The position numbers and the translations under genes were made by a program. The notes beneath the pieces are model-generated. The model did no database searches. It had not been told where the DNA came from and saw only the letters and a list, made by a program, of their open reading frames with translations. A stretch of DNA of 63,601 nucleotides, filler included. It is 5 parts of 5 records of this genome, joined end to end, with 100 filler letters (N's around TTAATTAATTAA, not from the genome) between each part and the next. Parts side by side here need not be neighbours in the genome. Positions count along the whole stretch, not along the records: positions 60,882 to 63,601 come from SRR9188677_120; 4 more parts are not named here. One strand, 5' to 3'. This document shows, in pieces, positions 61,234 to 63,601 of this stretch. Position 1 is the stretch's first letter. The number at the start of each line of letters is the position of its first letter.

Positions 61234-62149
61234 TATATACATTATTGGAGCAGGTGCAGTTGGTAAAGCGTTAGCGGTTTTTTTGAAATTAGAAGGCAAA
61301 AACGTATATATCATCAGGGGAAGCGTAGACAACATTCCTACACAATACGAGACAATATCTGTTCAAATAGATACACAAACTATTCTGAAAGCCGACATTG
61401 AAGTGAGTTCCCTTTCTAGCCATTCAGTATTCGATGGTATATTGGTAGTCTCCAATAAATCTTTTGGAAATGAAAAATTAGCTGAAACCCTAAAGTTAAG
61501 AGCTAAGTCCTCGCCAATAGTTCTTCTACAAAATGGACTAGGTGTAGAATCTCCATTTCTTGAAAAAGGGTTCACAGATATTCATCGATGTGTGTTGTTT
61601 ACCACATGCCAAGTAGTAGCAGAAAACCTAGTAAGGTTCAAACCTGTAGCAGTATCACAAATTGGGATAATTAATGGTAAAGAAGATACCCTACAACATA
61701 TTGTAAACCATCTAAACAACCCAATATTTCAATTTAGAGTTGAAGAAAACATTCAATATACTATCTGGAAAAAAGCCATTGCAAACTGTGTTTTCAATTC
61801 TATTTGTCCGCTTTTAGATACTGATAATGGTATATTTTTAAGAGATAAAAGCGTTATGGATTTAGCAAAAAATGTAATTAGCGAATGTGTTACAATTGCC
61901 AATTTATCTGGTATTGAAATAACTGAACAAGAAGTAATTGAAAGTGTATTAATGATTAGCAAGATGAGCGATGGACAGTTTATCTCGACCTTACAAGACA
62001 TTAATAATAAACGAAAAACCGAGATTGAAACACTAAATTTTGCAGTAGTAGCTATTGCCAAAAAATTAGGAAAAGAGAATAATCTAGTACAAACAAAACT
62101 ACTTGGCGAACTTACAAAAATGAAAGCTGACTTGAATTTTCACCAATAA
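61223..62149 (+). CDS. Ketopantoate reductase family protein
   Basis: IIGAGAVG, LLQNGLG, WKKAIANCVFN, STLQDI..KTEIETLN. Confidence 0.88.
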   Translation: MGNNIYIIGAGAVGKALAVFLKLEGKNVYIIRGSVDNIPTQYETISVQIDTQTILKADIEVSSLSSHSVFDGILVVSNKSFGNEKLAETLKLRAKSSPIVLLQNGLGVESPFLEKGFTDIHRCVLFTTCQVVAENLVRFKPVAVSQIGIINGKEDTLQHIVNHLNNPIFQFRVEENIQYTIWKKAIANCVFNSICPLLDTDNGIFLRDKSVMDLAKNVISECVTIANLSGIEITEQEVIESVLMISKMSDGQFISTLQDINNKRKTEIETLNFAVVAIAKKLGKENNLVQTKLLGELTKMKADLNFHQ

Positions 62150-62249
62150 AATTCGTTTGAAACTGAATTAAAAAACTAGCACAAATAACGCTTTGCTTGA
62201 TATATGCGCTAGGCAGGGAAACAAACATCAATAACGAAAAACAACTTAC

Positions 62250-63131
62250 CTACTTTGGTAAAACTTTTTGCCTCTTTATCTCAATAATTTTGTTTTTTTT
62301 ATTTGAATTTTTAATTCGTTGTACATAGTTTATAATACCCTTTAATTGTATTTCATTTTTACTTTTATCACTTAATTTTTGAATTATATCATCCGAAGGT
62401 TTTATAAAGTTATTAGCTACTTTTATACCTGTAATATTAGAAGTTCCTATTTTGTAACCTGTCTTCTTCTGACTTATTTTAAAACCATCATTTTCGATTA
62501 TCGAAATAATCTTAGGAGTTATAAATTGGAAATCTATATTTGATGAAAAACTTAAATCATCCACGTATGAAGAGAATATAACATTATTATCAACACATAA
62601 TTTTTGGAGCTTTCTACCTGTTTTTTCAAAAACTAAATTGGCTATTAATGTTGACGTTGGTGAACCTTGAGGTAAACTTCCCTTATAAGTAGTTAAAATT
62701 GTAAGTATGTGAGCCACATCAGGTGAAAATTCGTTCTCAATAAAACACTGATTAACTTGTTTATTTGTTATAGATGGGAAAAAATCTTTTAAATCAGTAC
62801 AAAATTTATATTTTTTACCTTTGTGGATGATAGCATTTTTAATATTATCTCTACCTTTAACACCTCCAAAAGCAAAATTTGAAATTTGAATCTTTTTTAG
62901 AATATTAGATGAAATTTTTCTGAATATTTCTTTTAATCTGCCTTTACTTGGGTGTATTATTCTAATTTTCCATCCTCCTTTACCATCTGATATAGGATTT
63001 CCTTTTTTATCTTTTTTTAATTCCTTTTTCTCGTAGTAATAGCTATTGGTAGATTTAATAATTAAATCTATCTCAGCTTTATTAGAATCTAATAAATAAT
63101 ACAAGTGATTTAAAGATTTTACAGCCATCAC
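62250..63131 (-). CDS. Retron-type reverse transcriptase
   Basis: Region X NAIIH (NAxxH), DLKDFFPSI, LPQGSPTS, catalytic YVDD, region Y ITG (VTG-like); 293 aa with no maturase or endonuclease domain. Confidence 0.9.
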   Translation of the reverse strand: MMAVKSLNHLYYLLDSNKAEIDLIIKSTNSYYYEKKELKKDKKGNPISDGKGGWKIRIIHPSKGRLKEIFRKISSNILKKIQISNFAFGGVKGRDNIKNAIIHKGKKYKFCTDLKDFFPSITNKQVNQCFIENEFSPDVAHILTILTTYKGSLPQGSPTSTLIANLVFEKTGRKLQKLCVDNNVIFSSYVDDLSFSSNIDFQFITPKIISIIENDGFKISQKKTGYKIGTSNITGIKVANNFIKPSDDIIQKLSDKSKNEIQLKGIINYVQRIKNSNKKNKIIEIKRQKVLPK

Positions 63132-63137
63132 AAAATA

Positions 63138-63422
63138 TTAAAAGAATTCAGAAACCAATGCTTTTAAAGAAGGTGAAATTATTTCAAATGCAGCTTTTTT
63201 CTCTTGACTAATATCCTCTGAATCTAAGGATAAATAAAACAAAATTGGAAGGGGGACATTTAGTTGAGATGCAATATTTTTTAAGGTACTAAGATTAGGC
63301 TCTTTCGAATTATTCTCAATTTGAGACAAATAGGTTTGCGTTATCCCGCAAAGATTGGCAAATGAAGTTTGATTTAATCCTTTTTTTTGCCTTTTTAATT
63401 TAATAGTTTCTCCCAAGTTCAT
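63138..63422 (-). CDS. XRE/Cro-C1 HTH protein (retron accessory)
   Basis: LGETIKLKRQKKGLNQ..CGITQTYLSQIENN.KEPNL; ends 6 nt before the RT start. Confidence 0.9.
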   Translation of the reverse strand: MNLGETIKLKRQKKGLNQTSFANLCGITQTYLSQIENNSKEPNLSTLKNIASQLNVPLPILFYLSLDSEDISQEKKAAFEIISPSLKALVSEFF

Positions 63423-63481
63423 ATTTGTATTTTTTTAAAAAAAATTAGGGGGTTCCAAACAAACTTTATTACAACAAATAG

Positions 63482-63601
63482 TTAAAAAAAATCATTTATT
63501 TCATCCGGATTCCGAAATAAAAAAAGGAGAATCTCTTTTAAAATTAAAAGAACTATTTCTTTAGTATAACTACTATTTTTTAACTCTTCTAATTTAAGCT
63601 T
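63482..63601 (-). CDS. Putative small hydrophobic protein upstream of HTH-RT (5' truncated; not in ORF track)
   Basis: Open frame from the window edge: KLKLEELKNSSYTKEIVLLILKEILLFLFRNPDEINDFF*. Confidence 0.45.
   Translation of the reverse strand, partial: KLKLEELKNSSYTKEIVLLILKEILLFLFRNPDEINDFF

Noticed and set aside
62150-62249. Possible retron ncRNA or attC-like half site downstream of the RT
   Set aside because: No convincing a1/a2 repeats or long stem; the resemblance to the cassette elements is too weak.
62250-63131. RT as group II intron, DGR or CRISPR-associated RT
   Set aside because: No maturase or endonuclease domain, no TR/VR pair or avd, no cas1; NAxxH and ITG motifs favour a retron.

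Overview
This window is not one locus. It is five unrelated contigs joined by 100-nt artificial linkers (N44-TTAATTAATTAA-N44) at 2033-2132, 30020-30119, 58316-58415 and 60782-60881. (1) 1-2032, GC-rich, Betaproteobacteria-like: 5' end of dusA and a divergent HD-GYP gene. (2) 2133-30019, Bacteroidota-like: about 10 kb of small co-oriented accessory genes separated by degenerate attC-like palindromic elements (integron-cassette-like array, no integrase visible). It continues with a GlxA/SRPBCC locus, hydrolases, two GNAT-like/partner gene pairs, a decayed higBA, a multi-PAS kinase and short-period inverted repeats. (3) 30120-58315, Bacteroidota-like: hmgA-hppD-paaABCD, an acetate/propionate locus (acs, porin, MFS, SLC5-fused histidine kinase, receiver, second acyl-CoA synthetase), and an 8.8-kb integrase-less island at the 3' end of tRNA-Ser(TGA). 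The island carries two paralogous 'CNGKC...FHPP' small ORFs heading metal-motif and T9SS-cargo genes. (4) 58416-60781, GC-rich: 3' end of fba, two hypothetical genes, 5' part of pntA. (5) 60882-63601, very AT-rich: CocE/NonD 3' end, ketopantoate reductase and a retron-type reverse transcriptase preceded by an XRE HTH gene and an unannotated small hydrophobic ORF cut by the window end. Best candidates for under-described systems: the small ORF-HTH-RT retron, the Bacteroidota cassette array, and the FHPP putative metal-sensing leader/arrest peptides. All family and taxon calls come from motif recognition by eye; no searches were run.
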